Below, one piece after another: positions 52,630 to 61,785 of a stretch of DNA of 64,000 bases. The DNA lies in assembly GCA_008690995.1 (NCBI GenBank), contig VRMN01000001.1, positions 2,852,001 to 2,916,000 on the forward strand, given 5' to 3'. The number at the start of each line of letters is the position of its first letter. Position 1 is the stretch's first letter. This DNA comes from Porphyridium purpureum. Taxonomy: Eukaryota. A program made the position numbers and the translations under genes. Below the pieces are notes generated by a model. It saw only the letters and a program-made list of their open reading frames with translations. It was not told where the DNA came from and did no database searches.

Positions 52630-55095
52630 TTACGCTGCGCAGCGGCACTTGCAAGCGAGGATCTCTGGATCGATGGTCGCCTCGGCCTCAGAGTCGGACG
52701 ACTTTGGCTTGCCAAAACCCTTGCCCCAGAACTTGCCAAAGCCATGGTAGCCCTTGCCCTTCTTCTTAAAACGCTTGTCAGAGGCATTCATGAAACGCTT
52801 CTTATTCTTGTCTTCCTTCTCAGTGTTTGTGTCTTCCGACTCGCTCTTTTCGTTGTTTGTGTCCTCCGTCTCGCTCTTTTCGTTGTTTGTGTCCTCCGTC
52901 TCGCTCTTCTCGTTGTTTGTGTCCTCCGTCTCGCTCTTCTCCGTCTCGCTGGACTCCGAGTCGCTCTTCTCGTTGTTTGTGTCCTCCGTCTCGCTCTTCT
53001 CCGTCTCGCTGGACTCCGAGTCGCTCTTCTCGTTGTTCGTGTCCTCCGAGTCGCTCTTCTCCGTCCCGCTGGACTCCGAGTCGCTCTTCTCCGTCCCGCT
53101 GGACTCCGACTCGCTCTTCTCCGTGTCAGAGCTGTCGGCCTCGCAAACTGCGCCGGCGTCCGTGCTCTTGCAGCAGAACCTGTCCACAATTGGGGTCGGC
53201 GACGGAGTTGGCGGGGTCGTCGTCGCCACCGGCTCCTGAGTTGGCTCCGGCGCAAACGAGCACGTGTTTGGCAGCGTCGAATCGCCGTTCTGGACCACGC
53301 ACACTTGTACGTACTTGATCGCCTTGAACCCAAACTTGTTCGTCACCGTCAGCTCCGCAGTGTACGTCGCCGACGACAGCTCGCTGATGCCCGTCAAGTA
53401 GTTTGAGCGGGTGCGCGGCGAGTAACGATACATTGCATTCACCGTGCCGCTCTTCGGCTCGTTCACGTCTTGGTACGTCTCCTTCACGATCATCGGCACC
53501 GCAGTTCTGGTCGTCGGTGCTGTTGCAAAGGCGTCTGGAAGGATTGTCACCTCGCGCAGACCGCATCCCTCAGCGAGCCAGTCAAACTCCACGAAAGCCT
53601 CACCGTTCACGTCGAGCATCACCTCCGTCTTGTCCGCAGTCAGCTGTCCAGAGGGCCTCGGGATCTCATCCACGTAAATGTAGGTGCACGTCACGGACGA
53701 GTCTTCCGCAGTCGCATACTTGTGCACGAGTCGGCCATTCGCATCCAGGCTGGCCGAGTCAAGGTACATCTCCCTCTCGCCGGCGCAGCCGGTCTTGTAT
53801 GTCGGCATGGGCGGTGCCGGGCATTGACTGGACCTCAGCTCCAGCCCAACGGTCGATCCGGAAGACAAGCCGTTCTTCTTCTTCCACACCGTGTCGTCAA
53901 ACGAGCAAGTCACGTCCATCGGCGTCTTGTCGCAAATGCGAATTGAGTCCTCGGCCATGAACAACGCAGTCGTGCCCTTCGTGCCATCGCCGCAGTTGCA
54001 CACTCCGGCAACAAACTCGTACACGCCGCCCTTCTTGATTGTCATCACCGGCGCGTCCAGCCAGCTCGACCACCCAAAGGTGTCAATGCGCGGGTTCTGC
54101 TCTTTCAGCACCGAGTTGAAAAAGTCCTGGTTCGTGAACGCATTCACGTTGCCAATGGACACTTCTCCTCGCCCTCCTGGTAGGAGTGCCTTGTTCGACG
54201 GCACCATGTTCGTCACTGTGTCGTACGTGATCTCGCCCGGGTTGGCCTTGTTCGCGATTTCGCGCACGCTGATGATCGAAATGTCATTGTACAAAGTCAA
54301 ACCCTCCGAAGCATCACCATACGAGTCCCACTCATCTGATGCAACACCAAAGCCAAAGTCCAAGTTCGACTGGGTTGCGCCAGAAACGAAGACATTATCC
54401 TTTGGCGTCAGGTAGAACCTCACCAACGAGCAGTCCGACACCATCGCCTGTACCCCAGAGTACAGAGCATTGCACATGGTGTTCAGAACTCGGCCGCCGC
54501 CGAGGAACGAGTCATCGCCTCCCATCGTGTTACCTCCGGCGAGCGGGCAAAAATTGTACACGTCAATCAAGCTCGCTGCTGGAGTTGTCGAGAAGACGAC
54601 CGCCCTTGGGGCCACAGTGGAGTACTCGTGGTCGTTGAGCTCCACGATGGCCATGCCCCGGAAGCGTCCGCCCGGTCCAGACGACGTGATTGGCATGCCT
54701 GGCGTCAACTCCCATGAGTCTGTATCCACAAGGGCGTCGACAACTTCTTCGGGAGATGCATACACCGACTGCGCACTGGCATCCATACCCGGGCAGCTCT
54801 TGGCACCTGTCGCGTAATCAACCATGCAGTTATTCGACGCAACACCGAACCGATCGGCTAAGCACAACAAGTTGTAGGCGTTCTCGGCCCTGGTTCCGCC
54901 ATTGCTCGTCCCGAGCTTGCAGCCCTGGATTTCACCCGCACCATATCCGGCCGATGCGAGACAGGTGGACTCCTGCCACGAATCGTCAATAGCTGCGAAT
55001 TGTCTGAGCAGTGCGCTTGGAGCAGCGACGACCACGCCGGTGATCAACGCCACTGTCAACAAAATACTTGTTGCGGGTCGCATGTGGCTAATCAT
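52630..55095 (-). CDS. Secreted Cys-containing protein with choice-of-anchor-L-like domain and acidic decapeptide repeats
   Basis: Signal peptide ILLTVALITGVVVA; FGVASDEWDSY..ND, NKALLPG..VSIGNVN, YEFVAGVCNCGD..TALF; Pro/Thr linker; 11 x 10-aa repeat. Confidence 0.85.
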   Translation of the reverse strand: MISHMRPATSILLTVALITGVVVAAPSALLRQFAAIDDSWQESTCLASAGYGAGEIQGCKLGTSNGGTRAENAYNLLCLADRFGVASNNCMVDYATGAKSCPGMDASAQSVYASPEEVVDALVDTDSWELTPGMPITSSGPGGRFRGMAIVELNDHEYSTVAPRAVVFSTTPAASLIDVYNFCPLAGGNTMGGDDSFLGGGRVLNTMCNALYSGVQAMVSDCSLVRFYLTPKDNVFVSGATQSNLDFGFGVASDEWDSYGDASEGLTLYNDISIISVREIANKANPGEITYDTVTNMVPSNKALLPGGRGEVSIGNVNAFTNQDFFNSVLKEQNPRIDTFGWSSWLDAPVMTIKKGGVYEFVAGVCNCGDGTKGTTALFMAEDSIRICDKTPMDVTCSFDDTVWKKKNGLSSGSTVGLELRSSQCPAPPMPTYKTGCAGEREMYLDSASLDANGRLVHKYATAEDSSVTCTYIYVDEIPRPSGQLTADKTEVMLDVNGEAFVEFDWLAEGCGLREVTILPDAFATAPTTRTAVPMIVKETYQDVNEPKSGTVNAMYRYSPRTRSNYLTGISELSSATYTAELTVTNKFGFKAIKYVQVCVVQNGDSTLPNTCSFAPEPTQEPVATTTPPTPSPTPIVDRFCCKSTDAGAVCEADSSDTEKSESESSGTEKSDSESSGTEKSDSEDTNNEKSDSESSETEKSETEDTNNEKSDSESSETEKSETEDTNNEKSETEDTNNEKSETEDTNNEKSESEDTNTEKEDKNKKRFMNASDKRFKKKGKGYHGFGKFWGKGFGKPKSSDSEAEATIDPEILACKCRCAA
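52807..53136. repeat. Coding minisatellite, 11 x 30 bp (EDTNNEKSET / ESSETEKSDS types)
   Basis: Repeated gtcctccgtctcgctcttctcgttgtttgt and ggactccgagtcgctcttctccgtc units. Confidence 0.92.
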
Positions 55096-57013
55096 TTTGA
55101 GATCTCAAGCCCTGACCGTGCACCACTTCGAAGCTACGAGAACTCTCTTGCCTTCAGACTTATTCCTACTCCATCCAGCTTGTCCGTCACACCTCCCCCG
55201 GACCTCCACGCCCTTCTTATACCCATAAGGTCCACCGTTTTGCGACCTGGCAAGCGTCTACACGACACGAACCGCACGCACAGAGGTGCCAAGCGGGGTG
55301 CCGAATTCTGCTGCATACCGAGTAAAACGAGGGCGAATTCGGCACTGTGCACAGCATCATTGTTCCATTTCGAGGCAACCATCATCCACCGCCGCGGCGC
55401 AGCAGAAGTCGAACGCTCTGAATTTGACGCCTGACCGTAAGTCGGCGAACCATTGTGTGGGCTCCATTCCGCCATGGAAGAGTTGGTTGCCGTTGACGGG
55501 TGGAAACCATCGCGCATGCGCCGCAGTCGTGTTGCCCGCTCGGGCGACGGCCGGCTGTGCGTTCATCCTGGTCAAACGCGATCTGAATCAGACATCTCGT
55601 CTGTCACCCGCGCCACATCAGCTCGATGGAGCGCCGAAAAGAGACGGCAAAGCGCCGCGCGTTCCGGCTGTCACTTCCGGCACTTGATTTCGGCCCCGGC
55701 TCATATCAAACTGCGATAATTTACTAGAAACGCCTTTGGAATTCGGCGGAGAAGCATGAGCATCATCATGATCCGATGACACATGGCTTCTTACAGCACG
55801 TTCCCCCCACCCGTAAAAAGCGCGCGCGTTGTTCGGTCCGGCTTTTACGCGCCACTCGAATTCGGTTCAGAATGCAGTAGTGTACACTTCGCGTGGAATG
55901 GAGCTGTACGTCTGGCTTTGAATTTTAGTGGGCGTAGGACCGTGCCGGCTGGCGTGTCAAGCAACACGCGCTGCTGACGAGGGACTTGAGCAGGGAGTTT
56001 GGATGGTGCCGCGCTGGAGAGGTGGAATGGCCCATGCGCCACTCGTGCCCGTGGCAAATTCGTGGCACGGCGCCCTTGGCGTAGCGTGTCGCGTGGAGAA
56101 GACCTCGCGCGCTCGTTTGCTTGTGCCGTTCTCGAGGAATTCAAGACTCGCGGAATTCGTCTGTGTTCGCAGAGGTCACTGTTTGCCGTAGTGCCAACCG
56201 TCGTCAATGCTTGGCCTTTTTCGCAATCGCTTCGATGATTCCTTTCAAAAAGAAGTACCGGAAACGGGTCATGCGGGGACGGCACCAGAATAGCATTTGC
56301 CCTGCTTTCCGTCACCTCATAGTCAGTATCTGAGTCGCAGGTCTCCGAGCCTATCTTTTCCGAGTCAGAGCTCTTGGTCTCGCAAACGCTCCCGGCATCC
56401 GTGCTTTAGCAGGAAACGATGTCCACTCTGTGCATCAGCATCAGCAGCAGAGTCGGCGGAGGCGGGAGGAGGTATTCGGCACACTTGTCACCGACTACGA
56501 CGAATTTTCACCGAAGCATGCGCATGCGAGTCCGTGGGCACTCACATACATCGATTGCGGATCAGTGCCCATGCCAGGGCGGCTCGTGGCGCGCGTCGAG
56601 TGGTGGGCCGTGCAGATATTCGACGCAACACCATGGCGGTCCGCCAGACGTATCAAATTGTATGCAATCTCGGGATCTGTACTGCGTGGATGACATCAAT
56701 CCCGACCAGCCCAACATCCCCACAGCGCGGCGTCCATCATGTCCATATCGCGGCTCTCACCGCCGGCCATTTTGGATAAGGAATGATTTTGGGCTGCACA
56801 AATCGGGTCAACGGCTTTTCATTCTTTCGCTACCGCACTGCAAGCAACTTCTCAAGCACCCACAGCCAGCCGCTTGCGCTTCTGTAGAAACGCGTCTACC
56901 CATGCGTGCCTGTCTTGACGTCGTCTCAGGCCCCACTCGAGGTCGCCGCAAGCCAAGCCCGTTCTTTGCCCAACCCTGACTGCGCCCCGCTCGAGTTTGC
57001 CCTGCGATCAAAC

Positions 57014-57241
57014 CATCCGCAAACACTCGCTGTACCTGATCGCTGTACCCATTCGCTGTACCCATTCGCTGTACCCATTCGCTGTACCCATTCACTGTAC
57101 CGGTTCGCTGTACCCGTTCGCTGTACCGGTTCGCTGTACCCGTTCGCTGTACTCATCCGCAAACACTCGCTGTATCCACACGCTGTACCTATTCGTTGTA
57201 CCTACGCGCTGTACCTACGCGCTGTACCCATTCGCTGTACT
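57014..57241. repeat. Intergenic 13-bp minisatellite (consensus TCGCTGTACCCAT), 16 units in two blocks
   Basis: 10 + 6 units (last one partial), each block preceded by CATCCGCAAACAC; 15 units retain GTAC. Confidence 0.93.
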
Positions 57242-57815
57242 GCAGCGCCCATCTTCCGCGTGGCGGCGACACCACCGGCCGGTCCATACCGAACCGCGCC
57301 GTCTGGCACACGCTCAAAATCCTTCGCTAGAGCGGGGGGAAGGGGGGGGGGAGGGTGTTCTGGAATCTCGCTTCATGTCGCGTGCGTTCGGCCTTGTGGT
57401 TGGTGGTGGTGGTGATGGCCACTTCCCCCGGTTCTGAACCAGCAGCATAGCGACCTTCTCAACTATGAAGTAGGGCCATAGAATACACAGGCCAGACTTG
57501 AACATGGCTAGTAAATTTAGACTGCGATGGCGGAATAATTTGTAGTAGAAATTGTCGCAGGACGTGGTGGGAGTGAGGGCCGCGTGTGGGGGTAGAAGAG
57601 GAGGATTTTTGGAGAAGAAACAAAAGAATAAGAGAGAACGAGGGCAAGGGGAAAGCGTTTTGGCGGAGGGCGAGTATTCTCAGCCAGGGACAGGAATCTT
57701 TGTCGCTTGTGGACCTGCAGGGAGGTACTTGTGTGGCAGCCGTGGCGTGAGGATGTGCATGTGCGTTGTTGACGCGTGTGCGCCCGGGTTGGAGTGAGAA
57801 GGACGGACGGCGTGA

Positions 57816-60170
57816 ATGACGGCGGCGTGGCTGTCGTGTGGCGCGACGCGGGGGTCTGGAGCATGGGCGGCGTTTGTGGACGCGCCAGGTGTCGATCGTG
57901 TGCATCGGGCTCGCCAACAGGCAAGGACGAGCGGGGCTGCTGCGGGAACGGCCGGCGGAGCACAGAGCACTCGAGCGCGACGCGCGGCGGGAAGTGTTTG
58001 CGGGGCTGCAGTTTGTGCGGGCGGTCGGCACGACACGCACGTGCGCGCGGCGGTCAGGCACGCGCGTGGTGACGAGGCGCAACAGGACGACATGGCTGCC
58101 GTGGATGCCAATGCAGCGCATGGCGCCTGGACTGATCAGCGTCTGCGCGACTACATTGAGCGGCGCGGTGACTTCTTCAAAGTACTGCACACGGCCGAGG
58201 ATCCTGTTGTGGAGGAAAGGCCGCGCTCATACGCAGGCGCGCCCGAGCCGCAAGTACGCTTCCAGGTGCGTCCGCCGAACATGGGCTCCATGAACTCGAG
58301 TTTGCTCGGCGAGCTCAACGCCGCTGTGCAGCAAGACGTTGAGCGCATGGGCTGTGTCGAGTGTGCGGCGCGGCTTCAAGGCGCCGCAGTCTCAACATCG
58401 ACATTGGCAGCGACACCCACCGCGGCCGACAAGCCCGGCGGCGTGGCCGCCAACGAGACTGGTCGGAAGACCCCGGCCGTGCTGCACTTTGATGAAACAC
58501 AAAACGCGTTGGTTCTGAATGCGAATACCGAGTCGGCTGCGCGCTCGATGGTCAAAGCGCTCGAGGAGAAGGCACTTACGCGCTGCGTCCAGGTGCATAT
58601 CACGCAGGGTGGTGACGACCGCCTTCACCTTAACAAACAGGGCGTCAATAAGTACTACTGCCCGCCGACGCCGCTCGATCACACGCACGGTGTTGTTCTG
58701 CGCGGCTCTTGTACCTGCTCGCCTCCCACGCCACTCGGGTTCGCAAGGGCCGAGCAAGTACTGAGGTCTGTGTGGGAAAACCAAAAGTCCGTGTCGGCAG
58801 CCATGGAAGACCTGCGGACGAGGATTGCCCCTGCGCTTGGGCTCGTAGAAGGCCAGCAGGTCACCACTTTGCTGCACCCCAGCGGGTCGGACGCCGAAAT
58901 GATCCCCATGCTGATTGCTCAAATCCGCGCGCTTCGCAGCCAGTGCACACGCATCGTGAATGTGGTCGTAGCGGCGGGCGAGGTGGGTTCAGGTACGGCG
59001 AATGCTGCCGGCGGTAAGCATTTTTCAGACTTTGTGCCGAGTGGCGCGCTTGATACGAAGAACAACGCCGCGGTGCTGGGATTCCAGTTGCCTGTCGATG
59101 TGATTGAGGTTAAGCCGCGCCACGCCGACGGCCATCGCATTGCAGATTACGACGCCCGTGTCTACGAGCTAGTGGCGCTGGCACTGAGAGAGAATCCGCA
59201 CACGTACTTTGTGATGCACGCTGTGGACGGCAGCAAGACAGGGCTTCGCGTCCCGTCCAAGCAGGTTTGTGATCAGCTTTTGGACGAGTTCCCCAATAAT
59301 GTGCTGCTTACGCTGGACGCCTGCCAGGGGCGCTCGAGCACGGAAGAGTTGCTGCATTTTTTGGAACGCGACGCACCTGTCCTGTTCACCGCAAGTAAGT
59401 TCTTTTCGGCGCCCGGGTTTTGTGGCGCGGTTTTGTTGCCTGAATCATGTGCGCGTGACCTGGCCAACATGGATGCGGCAAGTGTACCATGCGGGCTCGG
59501 TGACTACTTGACCAAACTCGAGGTGCCGTCGGTACTGCGAGGTCTGCACTCGGGACTGCCCGAGGGACCGCCAAACGCGGGTCTCTTGGTACGCTGGGCC
59601 TGTGGGATTGCAGAAATGGAGGCTTTCGCTGCGCTAGGCCCTGACCGCTGCCATACTCCCATAGCAAATTGGGTGCAGCGTACCAAAGCACTTGTCGCAG
59701 AGGAGTCGGCGCGATGGCTCAAGGAGCCAAAGAGCAGCAATGGCACCGTGTCAGCATTGGATGCGATAGAAGTTGTTGACGACTCTCTTGATGGAGACCT
59801 TGCGCCTCAAACGCGACTCGGCCAGTGCAACTCGATCGTTTGCGTGCGGATCAGGAGCGCGACGGAACCAGATCGATGGCTCTCATTTGAGGAGTTGAAA
59901 GTTGTGCACAAGTGGCTTGCGTCAGATTCCTCGTCCCTACTCGAAGGTATTAGCGGATCGGCGCCTGTGGCGTCCATTGTCGCCAGCACCAAATGCTTTG
60001 TCGGTCAGCCAGTGAAGCTCGGCAAATTCGCCGTGCTGCGCCTCGCAATGAGCGCACCGCTTGCCCGCCGCTGCGCAGGTGGGCAGCACGAGTTTGCGAA
60101 AGTGCTTGAAGAGGACCGACTGGCTGTGCGCAAGATGCTTTTTGTCGCGAAATGTCTTGAATACTTATAG
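57816..60170 (+). CDS. PLP-dependent transferase-fold protein (class V aminotransferase-like), unknown substrate, organelle-targeted
   Basis: PSGSDAE (phosphate-binding helix), LDACQ (pyridine-binding Asp), TASKFFSAPGFCGAV (Schiff-base Lys); Arg/Ala-rich presequence. Confidence 0.75.
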   Translation: MTAAWLSCGATRGSGAWAAFVDAPGVDRVHRARQQARTSGAAAGTAGGAQSTRARRAAGSVCGAAVCAGGRHDTHVRAAVRHARGDEAQQDDMAAVDANAAHGAWTDQRLRDYIERRGDFFKVLHTAEDPVVEERPRSYAGAPEPQVRFQVRPPNMGSMNSSLLGELNAAVQQDVERMGCVECAARLQGAAVSTSTLAATPTAADKPGGVAANETGRKTPAVLHFDETQNALVLNANTESAARSMVKALEEKALTRCVQVHITQGGDDRLHLNKQGVNKYYCPPTPLDHTHGVVLRGSCTCSPPTPLGFARAEQVLRSVWENQKSVSAAMEDLRTRIAPALGLVEGQQVTTLLHPSGSDAEMIPMLIAQIRALRSQCTRIVNVVVAAGEVGSGTANAAGGKHFSDFVPSGALDTKNNAAVLGFQLPVDVIEVKPRHADGHRIADYDARVYELVALALRENPHTYFVMHAVDGSKTGLRVPSKQVCDQLLDEFPNNVLLTLDACQGRSSTEELLHFLERDAPVLFTASKFFSAPGFCGAVLLPESCARDLANMDAASVPCGLGDYLTKLEVPSVLRGLHSGLPEGPPNAGLLVRWACGIAEMEAFAALGPDRCHTPIANWVQRTKALVAEESARWLKEPKSSNGTVSALDAIEVVDDSLDGDLAPQTRLGQCNSIVCVRIRSATEPDRWLSFEELKVVHKWLASDSSSLLEGISGSAPVASIVASTKCFVGQPVKLGKFAVLRLAMSAPLARRCAGGQHEFAKVLEEDRLAVRKMLFVAKCLEYL

Positions 60171-60420
60171 CTTGAGGCGCATCCGACTGTAGCTCTTCCA
60201 TGCTCTTTTCTTTACAATGTCACTTCTTAGATTGCCAGTGGTAGTAGTCCCGTCATTCCCCCAATTCTTTATCTGGCGACACGTGTTCGTGTGCCTCTTT
60301 GCAGTTTTGATTCTTCGCTTTGTCATGTCCTATATTTGCGTTTCTAGACCAGATCTGAGCTCCCATAGTAGCAAAAAGGTGCTGCCGAGAAACGGCAGAA
60401 ACAATACAATAAAGCCTGGT

Positions 60421-61668
60421 TTACTTTCCCTTCTCGGTTTCATCCTGGTCTCGACTGCTTCGTCCCCACAGCGCAGCGCAGGTGATAATTGCGCCTCCTG
60501 CGAACCCCTGTACGGTGAGCGATTCATGCAAGATGAGCTGCGCAAACACAGCTGCATAAACAGGATCCATGGCATATACAAGAGCGGCCTTATCAGCGGG
60601 GATTACACGCTGCCCGCGCGCTTGCGCCCAATTTGTGAACGCAGTGGCCACTACACCCAGATAAAGCAGCGCAAACGCTTGCAGCGGGGAGAGGCCCAGT
60701 GGAGCATAGAGCAGATCCGCTGGCGATGCAAAATCACCATTCAACATGAGCCACACAAATGACAAAGCAGTAACAAAGCAAAGCGACACAGCGTTGAGCG
60801 GCCCCGCAGGATGCCTCCGTGCAAACGCTTCCAAGCGAAGGATGAACATGGCTGATGCACCTGCGGCCGCAATCGAAAGTGCATCTCCTAGGTTGAAAGA
60901 CCCAAAAATTGGGATCGCATTGGCTGAGCTTCCTTGCCCGCTTATCGTGCTTGTGGCAAGCAGCATGGTGCCGAGCACGGCAAGTGCTGCTGAGGCCCAC
61001 GTTTGCCACGGGTACCGGCGCGCGTACAAGAGCATGCCGCAAACTGGCACGAGCTTCACGTTTAGGTAAAGCAGGAACGCTGAGCGCGACGCGTCCGTAT
61101 ATTGCAAGCCAGCACTTTGCAGTGCGTACCCGGCAAACATCCAAGCGCCCAGCTCGCACCCGTCCCTGAGCAACGTGACTGGCGCCTGCCAAGTCTGCTC
61201 GGATGTCGACATGTGCTCCGATGTCACCGTGTCCGTGTTCAAGTCGGGACTACGATGCGAAGTCCACAGAGAGCCCAGCGCTGGCACGGTCACCACGGCA
61301 GACAGCGCGAAGCGCAGAGTGTTCAGTAAGGCGGGGGACATGAGCTGCGCAGTCGGATCATCTGATGCCACAGAGTCAAGCAACCACTTGATCACGGCAT
61401 GCTGTGACCCCCATGTCAGCGCAACACCGTTGAGCAGCGCGTAAGCGACGCCCACTTGCAGCTTGTTGGCGTTCAGTAGCCCCTTCGTGGCGTGCGCATC
61501 CTGATCAACTCCGGAGCTACTCTTAAGAGCACCGGATCGTCGCGCCGTCCGAGATCGCGCACGAGGTCTTGCAAAGAGTACGTGACGCTGCCGTGGTCTC
61601 GGTGCCCGCAACGCAGGCACATCCGTTTGGTGTATCGGTGTCGTGACCCACCCTGTTAAGCGCTGCAT
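60421..61668 (-). CDS. EamA/DMT family transporter, probably plastid envelope
   Basis: TWGSQHAVIK, LRF, ELGAWMFAGYALQSAGLQYTDASRSAFL, GD, QRVIPADKAALVYAMDPVYAA; 10 TM; ATG at 61668. Confidence 0.9.
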   Translation of the reverse strand: MQRLTGWVTTPIHQTDVPALRAPRPRQRHVLFARPRARSRTARRSGALKSSSGVDQDAHATKGLLNANKLQVGVAYALLNGVALTWGSQHAVIKWLLDSVASDDPTAQLMSPALLNTLRFALSAVVTVPALGSLWTSHRSPDLNTDTVTSEHMSTSEQTWQAPVTLLRDGCELGAWMFAGYALQSAGLQYTDASRSAFLLYLNVKLVPVCGMLLYARRYPWQTWASAALAVLGTMLLATSTISGQGSSANAIPIFGSFNLGDALSIAAAGASAMFILRLEAFARRHPAGPLNAVSLCFVTALSFVWLMLNGDFASPADLLYAPLGLSPLQAFALLYLGVVATAFTNWAQARGQRVIPADKAALVYAMDPVYAAVFAQLILHESLTVQGFAGGAIITCAALWGRSSRDQDETEKGK

Positions 61669-61785
61669 CCGTACAACTCCAACGAGTGCTCCCGCACATG
61701 AATGTTCGCACGTCTGGAGTCGTGGATAGGCGCGACCAAGTCGCTTGGAAGGTGTGTGGCGGCGCAGTCGCAGGCAACCGAAACG

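Noticed and set aside
52543..53566. Long alternative-frame ORFs over the 30-bp repeat (e.g. 52543-53406 +, 52788-53333 -)
   Set aside because: Shadow frames of a stop-free coding minisatellite in the 821-aa gene
55100..57000. Several 60-190-aa ORFs in the long intergenic region
   Set aside because: Mutually overlapping, no recognisable motifs; cannot be supported as genes or mobile-element remnants
57014..57241. Possible CRISPR array
   Set aside because: Units are 13 bp and directly abut with no unique spacers; no cas genes; eukaryotic context
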